This document shows, one piece after another, positions 14,410 through 26,920 of a stretch of 64,000 bases of DNA (position 1 is its first letter; each line of letters opens with the position of its first letter). Position numbers and translations under genes: made by a program. Origin of the DNA: Sphagnum compactum. Lineage: Eukaryota. The notes below the pieces were generated by a model that saw nothing but the letters and a program-made list of their open reading frames with translations, was not told the origin of the DNA and ran no database searches. Where the stretch lies: NCBI GenBank assembly GCA_965153455.1, contig OZ234493.1:17226213-17290212 (forward strand). Reading direction: 5' to 3'.

Positions 14410-16199
14410 ATCTTGTTCAAAATTCTGTTGCAGGGTTTTCCTTGTCCGAGGTTTGGGTCATTGCTTTTGACCTACAGCGCCGCTGATTCGGAAGGCAACA
14501 GCAGCTTGGTGCCCATTCGACATCTTGTTGGGGGCGGGCGGCAAACGCTCCGTGGCGCGGCTGGGATGCCTCCATAGCGATCTGAGGTGCCGTGGAAGGA
14601 GGGAGGCAGTGGGAGAAGAGCGTTTGAGTTTCCAACACAAACACAAAAAAACTATAGTGTGATATGGTGGGGTTTGAGGTTTTTGGATCGCATCGGTGAG
14701 TGTGGACGATCTATGATCATGGCGTGTGCTGCTGCGGGGCTTCCTCAAGGTTTGCCTTCTCATCTCCGAGAGTATTATGTTGTACTTAGTTGTAGATGCT
14801 CAGGGAGTTTTAAATGTACAACCTGATCGTACTAGACTGGAGCTTGATGGAGAAACTCGAGAGCTGGTTAGGGTTTTTTGTGCAGAAGACATTGTCAGAA
14901 GAAGAACTCATGATGTCTAGTACCATTCATCAATATTGGACCTCCGGCTTCTTCCAGGGCAGCACCAGCAGCATACATGATCGAGATTCAGCTCTTAAAA
15001 CTAGATTTCATGGCTTGCAATTCCATCGGCTGTCGCACTGGGGGCGGTGAGTAAGGATAGAGGATTGATCATGAGCAGCTGGAAGCATTACGCAAACGAG
15101 GGTTTTAGTTTCGAGTTTTCGACGTGCTAAAGAGTGACGACAACGACGCTGCAGTAGTGTACACACGTCGACGACGGACTGTGCTCACAGCGATGCCGAT
15201 TGTTGCGTGAGGTTTTGCGTTTCAATCTTTGTCCAGACGTACGTTGAACACCTCGAGGGCAGACCGATGCTCTCAGCTTGTTGGCCATGAGAGATTCGTC
15301 TCTTTCCCCTCTGCCCGATCGCTTAAGAAGAATGCCGATGAGTCGCTCGGAGCCTCGCCTCGGTTCCATGTACACGTTTTGCCTTCCAACTCCTCCCGTG
15401 CCTCTTCTTGCTTTCGATGTTACAGATGTGGTATCCGGGGGAGGGGAAGAGAGAGAGAATACTACCTTTTTTGGTCACTTGTTTTTATATCGCAATCTCC
15501 CTAGTACCTAGCAGCATTTCTTTCGGAGACCAGAGAACGCTGGCTTTATGAAAACAGCTTGTAGATCTTGCACATTTTTCCGATACATTCCTTTGGTATC
15601 TGAGTTGCAGCAGGTAAGTAATTCTTGAGAGTCTGGCAATCTGTTGTTGAGAAAATTTGACCATAATATCATCACTGAACAGAAACCTGTTTCTTGTGTC
15701 AAGACCTTCCACCGTGCAAAGTGAAGCAAATCACAATGTCAGACCCTAGCATTTCGAATGTAGGACCTGCAGTTAGCCCAGCAAGCTCTAGGAGTTAGAG
15801 GTTACAAGCCACACATAATAAGCACCATGAACTGCTTGAAATTTCGTGTGCATTCATGATCTAAACTTACTCAAGGATACAACTCACCTCAACTCACATT
15901 TGTCTTGTGCATTTGGAATCAAAATCCCTCAAGACCTATCTAACCATTGCCAGCCTGTCAGCTCATTTGAAAAGCATTGGAAAGTTTGTGAATTTCTGAT
16001 GCATTTGAACGTTTGTGAAATTCTGATGCATGGCAAGGTTTTTTGAAATTTTGAATCTGGAACATTGCAGTAGAATTTTGCTGCCGATACTTAAGAAGGC
16101 AGGTGTGTGAACCAGCAAGGCAGGGGTGGTGGTTATTATTTTTCTGATATTTTGGGGCTTATGAATTTTTATTGCAGAGGAGCAGATTTGCCCAGCAAT

Positions 16200-16575
16200 A
16201 TGGGTCGAGATTCAAGTTTTGCAATGACTGGGAAAAGGAGTCGGGTGGTCGAGGATGAAATCTACTATGATAATTACCATGTTCACAAGCTCTATCTTAC
16301 AGAGGTAGGTTTCTCATGTGTTCACTATACTTCCTTCCACGGCCCTTTATGGTCGATCTCAAAAGTGCATTTTGCTAGACTTCATGTTGTTCAACCCTAG
16401 AGGGTAGCCCGTGGTTGTAACTTGTAGCACTGAGGTTCACAGGTGATGGCATCAAGTTTGAATGGACTCAAAGTGGGAGAGTCTGAATCTTGTACTCAAC
16501 GAGCATCACCACCTTTGCCAGAAAATATGGTTTCCCCTGCCCAGACTGAGGCTGGAGCACTGTCCCGATCTGCCT
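16200..16575 (+). pseudogene. 5' fragment (2 exons) of a conserved uncharacterised plant protein
   Basis: ATG 16200-16304 MGRDSSFAMTGKRSRVVEDEIYYDNYHVHKLYLTE, GT-AG intron, then 16443 VMASSLNGLKVG. Resembles the plant motif EDEVYLDNFHSHKRYLSEIMASSLNGL (recalled). No continuation seen. Confidence 0.6.
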
Positions 16576-17340
16576 CTTCTTTTCCCAGCCACGGGTACTC
16601 TCTCCCTGCACATTTGCCTAGCATTTGTAGAGGACAAGGAGATCAGATGCCCAAACCTTTTGAGTTTTGGGTTTGGCTCGTATAGCAGTAATTGTTCCAG
16701 AAAGTCTGTCCATGGATGGACGGGTATCTGCTACTACCATGGGTCTTACTTTGTTACATTGGTGTTGTTGCTTGATCATCTGAAGCTGCTTGTCTCTGGA
16801 GATGGAGCTGTTATACCTGCTACATACAAGCAAATAATGCTTGGAATTGTTTATTATCTGCAAGTTGGGCTTTCCACTCAAACTCCATCAGGCAGGGTTC
16901 GAATCTCAATGAGAAGAGGATTCTGCACTGATGCAGCAGGAAATCTCTTCTAGAGAACTGCAAACTCTAGTGTTCTTGTTCACTTTGGTATGCGTGTGTA
17001 TTCCTTTTGAACCGGCTAGACTGGAATCGGTAGTCCTGATGAGATTTAGGGTTGGAGAGAGACTTGAAGGAAAAAGGTTCGCTGGATTTGCTCAGCCGTA
17101 ATATAAGCATCTTCAATGAATCTCAGTTTGACGAATATGTGGGTTTAGGGATGAGGATCTGAGGATTTTGCTTGCAATCTGAAGATTTCTCCTGTGGGTG
17201 GGCACGCAGTGATTTTGAGATCGGCCAGCTCTCAAGTCTTGGCTTTTGGGCTTATGTCAAAAACTCCTGGTTTTGTGTTTCAGATCGAACAGTGCCGTCT
17301 GTGCTTCTTTGTACAGCCATCCCAGAGTCTCAGCAAGCAT

Positions 17341-17396
17341 TGATCAATCCTCTATCCTTACGCACTGGGCGGTGAGTAAGGATAGAGGATTGATCA
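17341..17396. other. Perfect 21-bp inverted repeat with a 14-nt loop
   Basis: TGATCAATCCTCTATCCTTAC (17341-17361) and GTAAGGATAGAGGATTGATCA (17376-17396). Confidence 0.9.
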
Positions 17397-17489
17397 TGAG
17401 CAGCTGGAAGCATTATGCAAACGAGAATGTTGGGCGGCGGCAGCAGCAGCAGTGGAGGACGTGACTAGGCTGACCACTTAGAAGGCGTG

Positions 17490-18242
17490 ATGATCACAGC
17501 CAGAGCTAGCTTCTTCTTGTGGTTGCTTGGTTACCAAGAATCATGCATGGGTACCTCCTCCTCCTGTAAGCTGCTTCATGTCTGCATTGGGAGGTTTCTT
17601 GCCTTGCTCTTGTTTGTTGTTGTGATTCCAGACTTACTACAAGAAGCCCAGACACGGAGAATTACATTCACGGAAGCACCTGCCAAATACACTTCCAACA
17701 CAAGTGTGGCATTTCGCTCCAATTTGACAAGTGCTGCAAATGGCAGCGGCAGCAGCATTGATACGTGTGCCACTCTGTGCTCAATTCGATGCAAGGTAGG
17801 CAGGCATTTTGTTGATGCTCTTGCAGCAGATCAGGTAAGTAGACTTGCTTCCTATTTTTGCACTCCTCTATCCTCAAGCTGTAAACCATGGGAGCTGCTG
17901 CTGCTCCTTCTGCTGTTGCATTCGCAGAGATTTGATAAGCACTTTGGATTGTTCATGTCCCCAACCTGCACATAACAAACCTAATTTACGGCAGATGACA
18001 GTCCTCTTCTGCAAGGCTGGTGAAGCCCGTTGTCAAGTTCTAGACTGTTATTATAGTTCACTGATGACAACTCTCACTAGCTGGGTGGCGGCAAAACACT
18101 GCAGTTGGATCAGAAAAATTTTGAGCATTGTGCTGGCCGAGAGGATTCTCTTGTGAACCTGCTTGATGGCCAGCGTTCCTTCGTCGTCTCTGTCAACACA
18201 TCCAATGGAGTTCAGTTCTCAGCTCAGTACAATTGACTGTAG
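17490..18242 (+). pseudogene. 5' fragment of a plant Ig-like-domain membrane protein (At3g48200-like, from memory)
   Basis: Signal/TM segment, then ITFTEAPAKYTSNTSVAF...CSIRCK with a GT donor at 17796. Exon 18105-18242 reads LDQKNFEHC...LLDGQRSFVVSVNTSNGVQFSAQYN*. The expected YNWTV is broken by a probable 1-bp deletion (TGA). The rest of the gene is absent. Confidence 0.65.
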
Positions 18243-18393
18243 GTATGTGGTATCTATCTGCAGCTTGAGATCACCCTACCCTCTTTATGCTTCAAAACAA
18301 AAGCAAAGAAAACAACGGGTCTTTTTCTCTCTGCAAATCAGTCATTTTGGAATGTCATGCGCTCTCAGTTGATACTTATATCAATGAATTATG

Positions 18394-19759
18394 TGTTTGG
18401 AGCATTGGTGGATGCCTCGGGCCGGGCTGAGCTTTATGGCACTACAGACCGATCGATCGATCCCGATCGATTGGTCTGTAGGAGCCGGATCAGCATTCTC
18501 GAGGCGTCCACCCCCAATCTGTTGATTGTGCAAGATCCTTTCGTGTCGTTGTTGAGAGCACCACTGCCTTGTTTGGAGCATTGGTGGATGCCTCGGGAAG
18601 GGCTGAGCTTGATGGCACTACAGACCGATCGATCGATCCCGATCGATTGGTCTGTAGGAGCCGGATCAGCATTCTCGAGGCGTCCACCCCCAATCTGTTG
18701 ATTGTGCAAGATCCTTTCGTGTCGTTGTTGAGAGCACCAATGCCTTGGTTGGAGCATTGGTGGATGCCTCGGGAAGGGCTGAGCTTTATGGCACTACAGA
18801 CCGATCGATCGATCCCGATCGATTGGTCTGTAGGAGCCGGATCAGCATTCTCGAGGCGTCCACCCCCAATCTGTTGATTGTGCAAGATCCTTTCGTGTCG
18901 TTGTTGAGAGCACCACTGCCTTGTTTGGAGCATTGGTGGATGCCTCGGGCCGGGCTGAGCTTTATGGCACTACAGACCGATCGATCGATCCCGATCGATT
19001 GGTCTGTAGGAGCCGGATCAGCATTCTCGAGGCGTCCACCCCCAATCTGTTGATTGTGCAAGATCCTTTCGTGTCGTTGTTGAGAGCACCAATGCCTTGG
19101 TTGGAGCATTGGTGGATGCCTCGGGAAGGGCTGAGCTTTATGGCACTACAGACCGATCGATCGATCCCGATCGATTGGTCTGTAGGAGCCGGATCAGCAT
19201 TCTCGAGGCGTCCACCCCCAATCTGTTGATTGTGCAAGATCCTTTCGTGTCGTTGTTGAGAGCACCACTGCCTTGTTTGGAGCATTGGTGGATGCCTCGG
19301 GAAGGGCTGAGCTTTATGGCACTACAGACCGATCGATCGATCCCGATCGATTGGTCTGTAGGAGCCGGATCAGCATTCTCGAGGCGTCCACCCCCAATTT
19401 GTTGATTGTGCAAGATCCTTTCGTGTCGTTGTTGAGAGCACCACTGCCTTGTTTGGAGCATTGGTGGATGCCTCGGGCCGGGCTGAGCTTTATGGCACTA
19501 CAGACCGATCGATCGATCCCGATCGATCGATCCCGATCGATTTGTCTGTAGGAGCCGGATCAGCATTCTCGAGGCGTCCACCCCCAATCTGTTGATTGTG
19601 CAAGATCCTTTCGTGTCATTGTTGAGAGCACCAATGCCTTGGTTGGAGCATTGGTGGATGCCTCGGGCCGGGCTGAGCTTTATGGCACTATAGACCGATT
19701 GATCGATCCCGATCGATTGGTCTGTAGGAGCCGGATCACGATTGATTGGTCTGTACGAG
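18394..19759 (+). repeat. Tandem array of 176-bp units (7 full plus 1 partial), each with a roughly 115-nt imperfect hairpin
   Basis: Unit starts at 18394, 18570, 18746, 18922, 19098, 19274, 19450 and about 19638. Unit 7 has an extra 12-bp gatcgatcccga duplication. Confidence 0.97.
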
Positions 19760-20517
19760 CTTCTAAAATGGATATGTATTTATTCATTAGGATTTAAGAA
19801 AATAGTTGGTTAACTTTTTTGACAAAAGAATGGCAACCATGACAAAGATAATTGCAAAACACGTAGGTCATATTCCCAAAATGCCATTATTTTTCTCTTG
19901 CACATTTAATTTCAGGGCCCTTCTTCTTTCTAGCCTTCCATGTTCGAAATACAAAACCCACTTTAAAAAACAAATTCCCCTTCATGTTGCCCATCTTGGA
20001 AGCCATGCCCATGCTAGAAAAAAAGCACAGAAAATGAGGGGAAATCTCAGAAGAGACAGCCCTAACTAAACCCTGAAAACCCCTCACCAAAAACCCTAAA
20101 CAAATGTTGCAAATGTGGCACCAGGTAAGGCATTTCTACCCCAAACCCTATGGAGGCTACTACTAGTAGCATCGGAAGGCCAAACCAAATGGTTTTTTGG
20201 CTATTTTTGGAAGTCCTTTATGAACTAACTAGTTAGTTCTATGTTTGAAAGTAAGACCCAAAAAGGGGCAGAGACATAAAGCAGTAAGTAAGTTGCAACT
20301 GCAAATTTTGAATAGCATTCATCAGCTCTTTACTTAAACTATCTTTTGCTTTCAGCTTTTGCATTACCTACACTACCGACCACTCTGTCAGCTCTTGGTT
20401 AAGGCAATACCACCACTAATCTAGGTCTTTCTCACATTAGGCTTGTAGCACAAATTTGGGGCTCATACTTGTAGACCAATATATATTTATCATCCAACAA
20501 ACCATAACAAAAAGCAC

Positions 20518-20914
20518 GGCCACGATGAACCAGCACCCACCAATATATCATCCACTGGATGCCCATTCTTACTCAGTTGTGGATGAACCTCATCCACCTC
20601 AACTCAGGTGAATATTTGGTTTCACCTTAGTAACCAATTTTCTGTAGGAAATAGGTCTCACACATAGGTAGGTAGGTAGGAAAATAGGTAACTACTAGGT
20701 AAGTAAATGGTTTTAACATATTTCAAGGCTGCTTTTACTACCTACCTACTAACAACCTGCTTGTGGGTTGTTAGTAGATAGGTTTAAAAAAAAAACAACT
20801 GAGCTAACCACCATGGTTAGCTTGGGAATTGCAAGCCAACATAAAACTGTTTCTCGACCACTTACCATGATTCATCCTTCATGGTGCACTGGTGGTTGCT
20901 GGTTCACTGTGGCC
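20518..20914 (-). mobile_element. MITE with GGCCAC-type TIRs
   Basis: TIRs GGCCACGATGAACCAGCA and TGCTGGTTCACTGTGGCC. Second copy at about 12097. Confidence 0.75.
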
Positions 20915-21176
20915 GATATCCTGCATGAATAGAACTTGGGTAACAATAACTTGGTGTTTTTGTAAGGAATTGTTTTTTGGATGTAGGCAAAGTGGCAATC
21001 ATCCTAAGGAATATTTAGCCAAATCTGGGTATAAAATAGATATTTACACAAATGTTTAATCATCCTTCTATACTTTTGGCTACAAACTGAAAACCAAATC
21101 TAAATCTTGCATTATTTACGTTGATTTTCCTAACTTTTGGCCATTGATGACTGCATCTCCTCATGCTCACCACAAG

Positions 21177-21498
21177 ACTCAATGCGGCTCCTTTGGGGTT
21201 TGCTTAAGATAGCATGTCAGCATTATGGCAAATTAAGGTTTCTCGCAGTTTCCTCCGGAATCTCCTCCAAGGTACATACTGCTCCTCTTTTACATACCCT
21301 TCTTGAGCTCAGCAGGATTGTGGTTTCATGATTGTGGAATTGATGCTAGGGAGCTTGGCTATGCAGGAGGAAGATGGACCAGATGCGGCATTGGCAAAGC
21401 TGTTAGCTGCCTCAGGATCAAATGAGAGTGCATGGACAATGGGAACATTGGTGTACTCTCAATCTCTGCAGCTCTTGCCTTCAGAACAACAACTGCAG
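21177..21498 (+). pseudogene. SEC16: Internal 2-exon fragment of SEC16 (MAG5-like COPII scaffold)
   Basis: SMRLLWGLLKIACQHYGKLR...SSK, GT intron from 21272, then exon 21367-21498 EEDGPDAALAKLLA...LQLLPSEQQLQ with a GT donor. Matches the recalled plant SEC16 LLKIACQHYGKLR and LPSEGQMQ motifs. Flanking exons not found. Confidence 0.75.
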
Positions 21499-23059
21499 GT
21501 AGAAAGACAAATTCATGGGTTTCAGATCAGGACATTGCTAAAGTCTCTATTTGTGCCTTTTTTCTGTTTTGACAGTGTGCTCTTCTCTGAGCAACATACC
21601 TGCTCATCACATACTCGAATTATCCCACGTGGCGTTCTGAAATTTCTGATTGCGTTTTGAGCCCTCAGGCCTACTTCCACTAATTAAAGGTTTGTCTAGA
21701 TCAAGCTCTTGTCCCTCACGTAAGACAAGACAGTTAAAAGCCCTATCATGCTACCCTAGGAACAGACAAGTCTTTGAGAACATGTTCGGTTGACATATCC
21801 CCCAACTGACATTGCTCTTGTAAACCACATCAATAGATTTCACAGTACAAACATGTGAATGGTGAATCTCCTCCATCAGCTCAGAAGTCTGCAGACATAC
21901 AGAGCAGGTTTTAAAAGAGTGTTTGAGAGGATTTAAACCTACTAGCCATGCAAAAGTATGCATTTGGAATCAGAATTGGGTTATTGGTTTTCTCAAAGGA
22001 CCAGAACTGAATTACGACTTCTGCTTAGAAGATATTGTGAAGGGGGAGGTTTTTTCAAAGCTGAGAAGGGTGCCCTCTCGAGAGGAAGCTACGGAAGCTA
22101 TAAGGCAATTGCTAATGAATTTCAGGCAGAATTGATGGTACCCTCTTGACACCGACTGCTGACCTTGCAGAAGTGTTGCAGAACCGAAGTTTCAGTGTTT
22201 GTTGTCTTTCAATTGTGTTACATCATCGTCAAGTTTATTTCCCCTAAACTACTGACTGAATTGAAGATGAAGGTCATATATGGCATCTTTCAATGCCTCC
22301 TCGAGTTGATGCCAGCCTTTTGTCTGCTATGCGCAACAAAAAGGTTGCACGAGGACCTTGCCTTCAAGCTTTTTGCAACTCAGGAGGGGTGCCCATGAAG
22401 GTGTAAATTGATATGGATTGAACAAATCATACATATTGGTGATGGCAGCAAGACGACGACCTCAGTTTATAGTGAGACGGAGAGAGTCCACACATGAAAT
22501 CAACAAGATGGCATTCGAAAAACGTGAGAATGTCGACGAAAAACAAGTTGGCAAACAAAAGTTAAACAATGAAAAACAAAGTTTTTTTAAGAAAAAAAAA
22601 GGTTGACAAACAATGAAATTTTTTTTTTGAAAAATATATAAACCTCCTCCCCTCTTCCCCTCCTCCTTGCACATGTCAAATGAAGGAGGAAGAAAAACAT
22701 TAACCTGCACCCCTCCCGTTCAACAGTAAAAAAAATTAAAATACATAAATAAAGGCGCACCCTCTTCCCGTGAACAATCAAACTAAACCTGTAAAACAAC
22801 TCACCTTGCCCCCTTAACCAGTAAGAAGTAATTTATAAAAGTTAACCCTTCCACATGTCAAATGAAGGAGGGGAAAAAAAACATTAACTTCAAAGCCATC
22901 AGAAGTATTTTTTTCATGCTGCTTGCAACAATGAACAATTAGTATTTTTTGAGCTGTCATTGCTTTTACATCAAATATCCACATCACACTTAAAACTATC
23001 ACAAGCATTTTTTTTCGTAATGTCGACAAAAATGAATGATTACTATTATGATGACAAAT

Positions 23060-23515
23060 CTATTCCTTCTTGTCATCAATGTCGTCACCAGGCGTTCCAT
23101 ATATGTCATTAGGATGCACCACAGGGATGTCGTCACCATGCGTTTTAATATTGACGAGCATGTTCGGAGGCGGATTGCGGACCAGATTATCAAATTCTGG
23201 GAACCATTCTACCTCTAGGGGGTAATACAATGTGTAACAACGTCTGCTTAACCGATCTGTTTCTGTGGATTCTACGTATGCCAGGATGACGAGATGGTCA
23301 ACCACCCCGAGCTCAACATGGGCCAGAATGTCTGTCATTTGCTTTTCGCTCTCATCAGTGACAGGGGAAAGCAACTTATGCAGGTCGACGGTTAAAACGC
23401 GACCATTCTCTTCATATTCCCATGCATCGTATTCCCCGGCCCATAAAAACTTGAGGATGTTAGTTCGAACATTTGAGGGCATGTCCATCAGGTTGGTGGC
23501 TTCGGGTTCTCCCAT
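23060..23515 (-). CDS. Orphan 151-aa acidic protein with an F-box-like N-terminus, possibly transposon cargo
   Basis: Intact ORF from ATG 23515, directly after a TTTTTGCAG acceptor. Candidate 5'UTR intron 23677-23516 (GTGCGT...CAG). TATA-like AATATAAAAG near 23810. Motif NLMDMPSNVRTNILKFL. Confidence 0.5.
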   Translation of the reverse strand: MGEPEATNLMDMPSNVRTNILKFLWAGEYDAWEYEENGRVLTVDLHKLLSPVTDESEKQMTDILAHVELGVVDHLVILAYVESTETDRLSRRCYTLYYPLEVEWFPEFDNLVRNPPPNMLVNIKTHGDDIPVVHPNDIYGTPGDDIDDKKE

Positions 23516-26437
23516 CTGCAAAAAATACGATTATAAGACAGAAAATATTTTGAAACAAATGGACAGAAAACTGATGCCTCTTGCAAGATCATAAACGCCG
23601 ATAAAAAACCAACTACAATCAATGATTAACCTAGTGCCATCAAAAGGATTGACGATAACAAAAAACTAATTACGCACCTTTGCAGGCACACGAGTTTGAG
23701 AATTGAGCACGGAAGGAACAAGGGCTGTGTGATTCAAGTATATGTCAACTCTTTGTCAAAATAACCTTTACGTGAATGATTCAATGGGTCGACCACCGTA
23801 TGCAATCTTTTATATTGCATTGAGTTACCTTGAAGCCTGTTTCATTTTAGGCAAAAAATCTTGGCCCACCTGTAATGACACGTTCGAGATCATAGGATTT
23901 TCAGAACTTATTTACTTCCTTTGATGTGAGATCTTGATATTGTGAATGACAAGCCCAAAATTTCATGCACATTTTCTTTCAGCTGCGGTTGCTAGAAAAT
24001 GTTTTACGTGAGATCATCCATTTTGATTACAATGATATCTCCGGCACGATGTAAATCTTGCATCCAAGGTTTTTGGTCGTTAGATTATTTTGAGAAATAT
24101 CAACACAAACATTACTAAAATTTGCTCATAAACACTACATGCTCGAGGTTAGGAAGAAGGAATAGGACGTAGGAGTCACGCAAATGATCTTGCAATCTAG
24201 GTTAATCATTGAATGCGGTTCGTTCGTGTCGCAATCGAAATGCTCGTTGGCTCCCCTGCGAAAGACAAATAAAAACAAGGGATGCGGTTATGTGCAATCA
24301 CAATTTGAAGCATAGCTCAAAGGAATTATCGTAACTATATGTACAAAATTTTATAAGTATTATCGATCCAGTTACATATTTGAAAAACCAAAATAAAAGA
24401 AAAAAAGAAACCAAAAAATACAAAAAACAAAAATAAGGTTGTCAAAGGTTACAAATACCCAAAAAAAAGGTTGTAAAAAAAAAAAACATAAACAAATGAG
24501 ATTGATAACAAAATTTGTAAAAAGAAAAAGAAGGCAAAGAAACTACGTTTTATTTGAAAACTGACACCCCTAAAATCTAAAAATTGACCATACAAAATAA
24601 AAAGAAAAAATACACAGCAAAAAATAGTTTTTTGGGGTTTAAGGGTTTTTAAGGGGGGGGGCAAAAAAAATTTTGTGTTTTTTCATTTGTTCCAGTAGGT
24701 TGCCAATGCGTTCCCCATGGGTTTTCTCAATTGCACCCTGCTTTAATCCCATATGTTTTGCTCAAAGTCCTCCCCTTCTCACATATATAGGTGGGCGAAA
24801 GGGGGAGGCACTCCATTTGTCCATAGAATCTTCAAATTTTTGGGAAGCCTCAGGGTTTCAACTTTTAGACATGGGCCAATCAAATTCAACAAAAAAAAAA
24901 GTTATACTTGTGGGGGGTAAAGGTCGGGCCAAAAATGGTGATGAACTCTTTTGGGAGGAGAAATTTCCTGCAGCCAACGGGAAGGCCCGAGCACACGCCA
25001 AAGGTGCCTTGCATTTTTCAGTTTGGGGGCGGGGATTTAGAAGAGGATACTTTTCGATTTTCCCTTGTTCCTTTTAAGTTCCCAATAAGTTACCATCATG
25101 TCTTCAATCTGTTGTCAAAGTTCTCAATGTATTCCCCCAACATGTTCTCCATAGCACCCCACATGTAACCCATTTGTTATGGCACATGTAGTACTCCTTT
25201 CACACGTGCAGGTGAGCCAAAGGGGAGGAACTCAAAATAAAACCTTCTATTTTAGGGAGCTTCCGTTGCTTCACTTCCTTCTGAGCGATTGGCCAATCAA
25301 ATTGGTTTGTTGTAGAAAACAAATTGAACCTGGGAGGCATCGCATCCATTTAATAGGAGAGGTGATTAGCAAGGATGAAACGACTTTCGTAGCTGTGTAT
25401 GTATCGATAGGAGAGGTTAATAGCCCGGATGAAACCATTTCCGTAACTGTGTATGTGTGTGATATTTGATCGTCATTTTGCATGCTAAATTGATGGCAGA
25501 AGTTTCACGACCTGTGGCGAGCGAAGTCGGTGCGAGCGAGCCTTAGGACTGTGTGTGGATGGTCAAACTTTCATCGGAGTTTGGTTGTCGAATTATTTCC
25601 TTTCACGTGAGACCTACCACGGTGAAGGACACGTGAGAAAATCTCTTACACATTTTTTTCGCAACGTGCGCTCGGAATGGGAAAATATGGTTTTGTGTGA
25701 GATCTTCCACATTGATTGCATACGGATATTGACCACGTAGTAATTCTTGCATGTTATGTTTCCGAGCATTGGATTCGTTTCAAAAGATGTTGAACACGAA
25801 ATTTTAGGCCCACGGGTTCAATTTCATGATCTTTCTTACGTTATGGTCGCTATAAACATAATATGAAAAACTTTTATCGAAACATACTCATAGTCATTCA
25901 AATATGAATCATGACCAGGCACCTTCAGAGCCATTCATTATAGATCGATCGGGTTACGTGTGAAAAAAATCTGAATAACAAAAAACCCCATAATAAAAAG
26001 AAAGAAAATAAGAGTTTCAAAGCTAACAAAAAACAAAAAGGTAAATATATGGCAGAAGTCCACAAAATATAAAGTGGGAAAGAAATAAAAACGCATGAAG
26101 GGAAACCGAAGAAAGCAACAAAGGTGGTGAAACAAGTTATGGGTAACATGTGGAGATCCTTTTTTGCATCCCTCTATGAAGAACAAAACACCATTGAGGA
26201 GATTGTAACAAAGAGGTTTTTTCATCCTCTAACTCTATTTTTTTGAAAACTTTTTCAACAAAAAAAAGCAAGATAGGGGATGTTCATCTAAAGCTTGACT
26301 ACTTCTTTGACAGGTGTGATTTGCAAAGCAAAGGATCACAATGCCATCAACTATACAAACATTAAAAACCACCAGCCAAGATGAACTACTACGTAATTTT
26401 TGTTAAACCCACAAATTTTTTTGCCACTTTAACCTTT

Positions 26438-26920
26438 GTTTCACAACCCACGCTCCGACAAGAAAAGGGAAATGAGTTAAAAGAATGAGGTAAAGGCATC
26501 CCTTGATTCAAATGCACTCGCACCCATGTATGAAAGTGCAAAGGATGAAGCCCCAACATTCCCACTTGGGGAATTGGAAGTCCAATGGTGTTTTAAATCT
26601 TTGGTCAAAAGTTTGAAGAACCAAACTTTGTCCAAATCAAACCCCCATTAAACAACTACAAATGTGTTAGACAATACTACAATGAAGTGTGACACGTTTC
26701 AAAATAGATATGTAGCAATTGTTATATAATGGTCATTTAAAATTGGCTAGTAATCAAGTTGCCAAAATGATCCTTGGTCACAAATCACAATTTGAAAGGT
26801 CAAATCATTCCCAATTAAAGAGTTGGATACATCATTGGAAGACCTTTTTCAATGGCTACATTTTTTTCCATACTAGTTTTGAATTTGGAAACAAAATGAA
26901 AAAAATCATAACTTGTTAAA
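26438..26920 (+). mobile_element. Highly degenerate LTR-like repeat
   Basis: Begins tgtttcacaacccac... with loose similarity to the 58760 repeat (ggaattggaagtccaatggtg, cattggaagacc). Confidence 0.3.

Noticed and set aside
14700-15050. Possible exon fragment (YNLIVLDWSLMEKLESWLGFF...), and similarly 21960-22135
   Set aside because: Coding-like, but no family recognised and no consistent splice model.
18394-19759. CRISPR array, hammerhead ribozyme array, or the 100-aa repeated ORFs as genes
   Set aside because: No unique spacers and no cas genes, in a eukaryotic context. No CUGANGA...GAAA core on either strand. The ORFs are by-products of a 176-bp (non-triplet) period.
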